Shown one piece after another: positions 31,414 to 32,000 of a stretch of 32,000 bases of DNA. The DNA is taken from the NCBI GenBank assembly GCA_001761425.1, contig CP012986.1:60001-92000 (forward strand). The letters run 5' to 3'. The first letter of the stretch is position 1, and every line of letters begins with the position of its first letter. The DNA is from Candidatus Saccharimonadota bacterium (lineage in GTDB: Archaea > Nanohalarchaeota > Nanosalinia > Nanosalinales > Nanosalinaceae). Below the pieces are notes generated by a model. It saw nothing but the letters and a program-made list of their open reading frames with translations, did no database searches and was not told where the DNA came from. Both the position numbers and the translations under genes were made by a program.

Positions 31414-32000
31414 GTGAACGCTGAAAAGTACTTTGACAGAGTTTACGAGGATTTTGACAGGTACCTCTGGATTCCTGTAGCTATGATCTTACTGGCTTCC
31501 GGCGTTCTAGGGTTTAATTATGCTACAACCGGAGAGTTCCTGGCAAAAGGGACAGATTTCTCGGGAGGATCCGAGATCCAGTTCGATATCCAGGGAGATT
31601 TCCAGAACTCTGAAATCGAACAGGCCTTCGCCGAAGCAGGCAGAACCCAGACAGATGTTCTTACACAGACCACGGGCAACCAGACACTTACTATCGTAGA
31701 GCTTCCTCCGCCAACCATCGATGAAGAGGAAGCTGCAAATATATTAGGCGATGCAGGGTATGAGGCAGAGGTGATAGGCCTCAGGACGATCTCGGCTGCT
31801 GTTTCCAGCCAGTTCTTCCTCCAGGCACAGATTGCTTTCGTTCTCGCGTTCACCACGATGAGTCTTGTAATTTTCATTGCGTTCAAAGATCTTACTCCTT
31901 CACTAGCTGTTATAATAGCTGCTTTCGGCGACATCGTATTCGCCTCAGCAGGTATGGCAGTGCTGGGAATACCATTAACTCTTGGTTCGCTTGCAGCATT
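31414..32000 (+). CDS. secF: Protein-export membrane protein SecF (N-terminal ~195 codons; continues past the window end)
   Basis: Not in the ORF track because it runs off the edge. My translation from the GTG is MNAEKYFDRVYEDFDRYLWIPVAMILLASGVLGFNYATTGEFLAKGTDFSGGSEIQF...ISAAVSSQFFLQAQIAFVLAFTTMSLVIFIAFKDLTPSLAVIIAAFGDIVFASAGMAVLGIPLTLGSLAA. The order TM1, G.DF.GG, ~90-aa loop, then SecDF TM block matches SecF. Confidence 0.8.
   Translation, partial: MNAEKYFDRVYEDFDRYLWIPVAMILLASGVLGFNYATTGEFLAKGTDFSGGSEIQFDIQGDFQNSEIEQAFAEAGRTQTDVLTQTTGNQTLTIVELPPPTIDEEEAANILGDAGYEAEVIGLRTISAAVSSQFFLQAQIAFVLAFTTMSLVIFIAFKDLTPSLAVIIAAFGDIVFASAGMAVLGIPLTLGSLAA

Noticed and set aside
31518-31934. 138-aa ORF (-).
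   Set aside because: It is antisense to the secF frame, which shows the G.DF.GG motif and the SecDF transmembrane block.
1-32000. CRISPR arrays, rRNA genes, IS elements, transposases, integrases, or recognisable toxin-antitoxin or restriction-modification genes.
   Set aside because: I saw no regularly spaced direct repeats, rRNA-like conserved blocks, or DDE/tyrosine-recombinase-like ORFs in any frame of the track. The only repeat signals are the tRNA 3'-end copies and the dispersed AGGCCT hexamer.

Overview
The window is gene-dense archaeal DNA with about 45 genes and mostly short spacers. Archaeal markers include L10e, Dph2, AglB, aMBF1, archease with RtcB, and archaeal-type Cmk. The proteins are very acidic, which suggests a salt-in halophile. 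Together with GC that looks mid-40s percent, I infer a nanohaloarchaeon-like or other small halophilic archaeon; this is not proven.

Contents:
- RNA repair: rtcB and archease.
- Base-excision and nucleotide-sanitising genes: mpg, NUDIX, ogg, mazG.
- A seven-gene nucleotide-sugar operon on the + strand (10.6-17.1 kb).
- A GT2 glycosyltransferase, and an overlapping aglB plus GlcNAc-1-P-transferase pair (N-glycosylation).
- Two tRNAs, Asp-GUC and Ser-GCU.
- Several wHTH regulators and housekeeping genes.

I saw no rRNA, CRISPR array, transposase or integrase.

Most notable observations:
1. The palindromic hexamer AGGCCT is hugely over-represented throughout, in all reading frames and in spacers.
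2. A ubiquitin-like ThiS/SAMP-type ORF ends in Gly-Gly, is missing from the ORF track, and has no canonical start codon. A perfect Shine-Dalgarno sits in front of an ATC codon inside the end of mazG.
3. Hairpin-dense spacers lie downstream of both tRNAs and carry copies of the tRNA 3' end.
4. A PEP-synthase-like protein appears to have lost its catalytic histidine.
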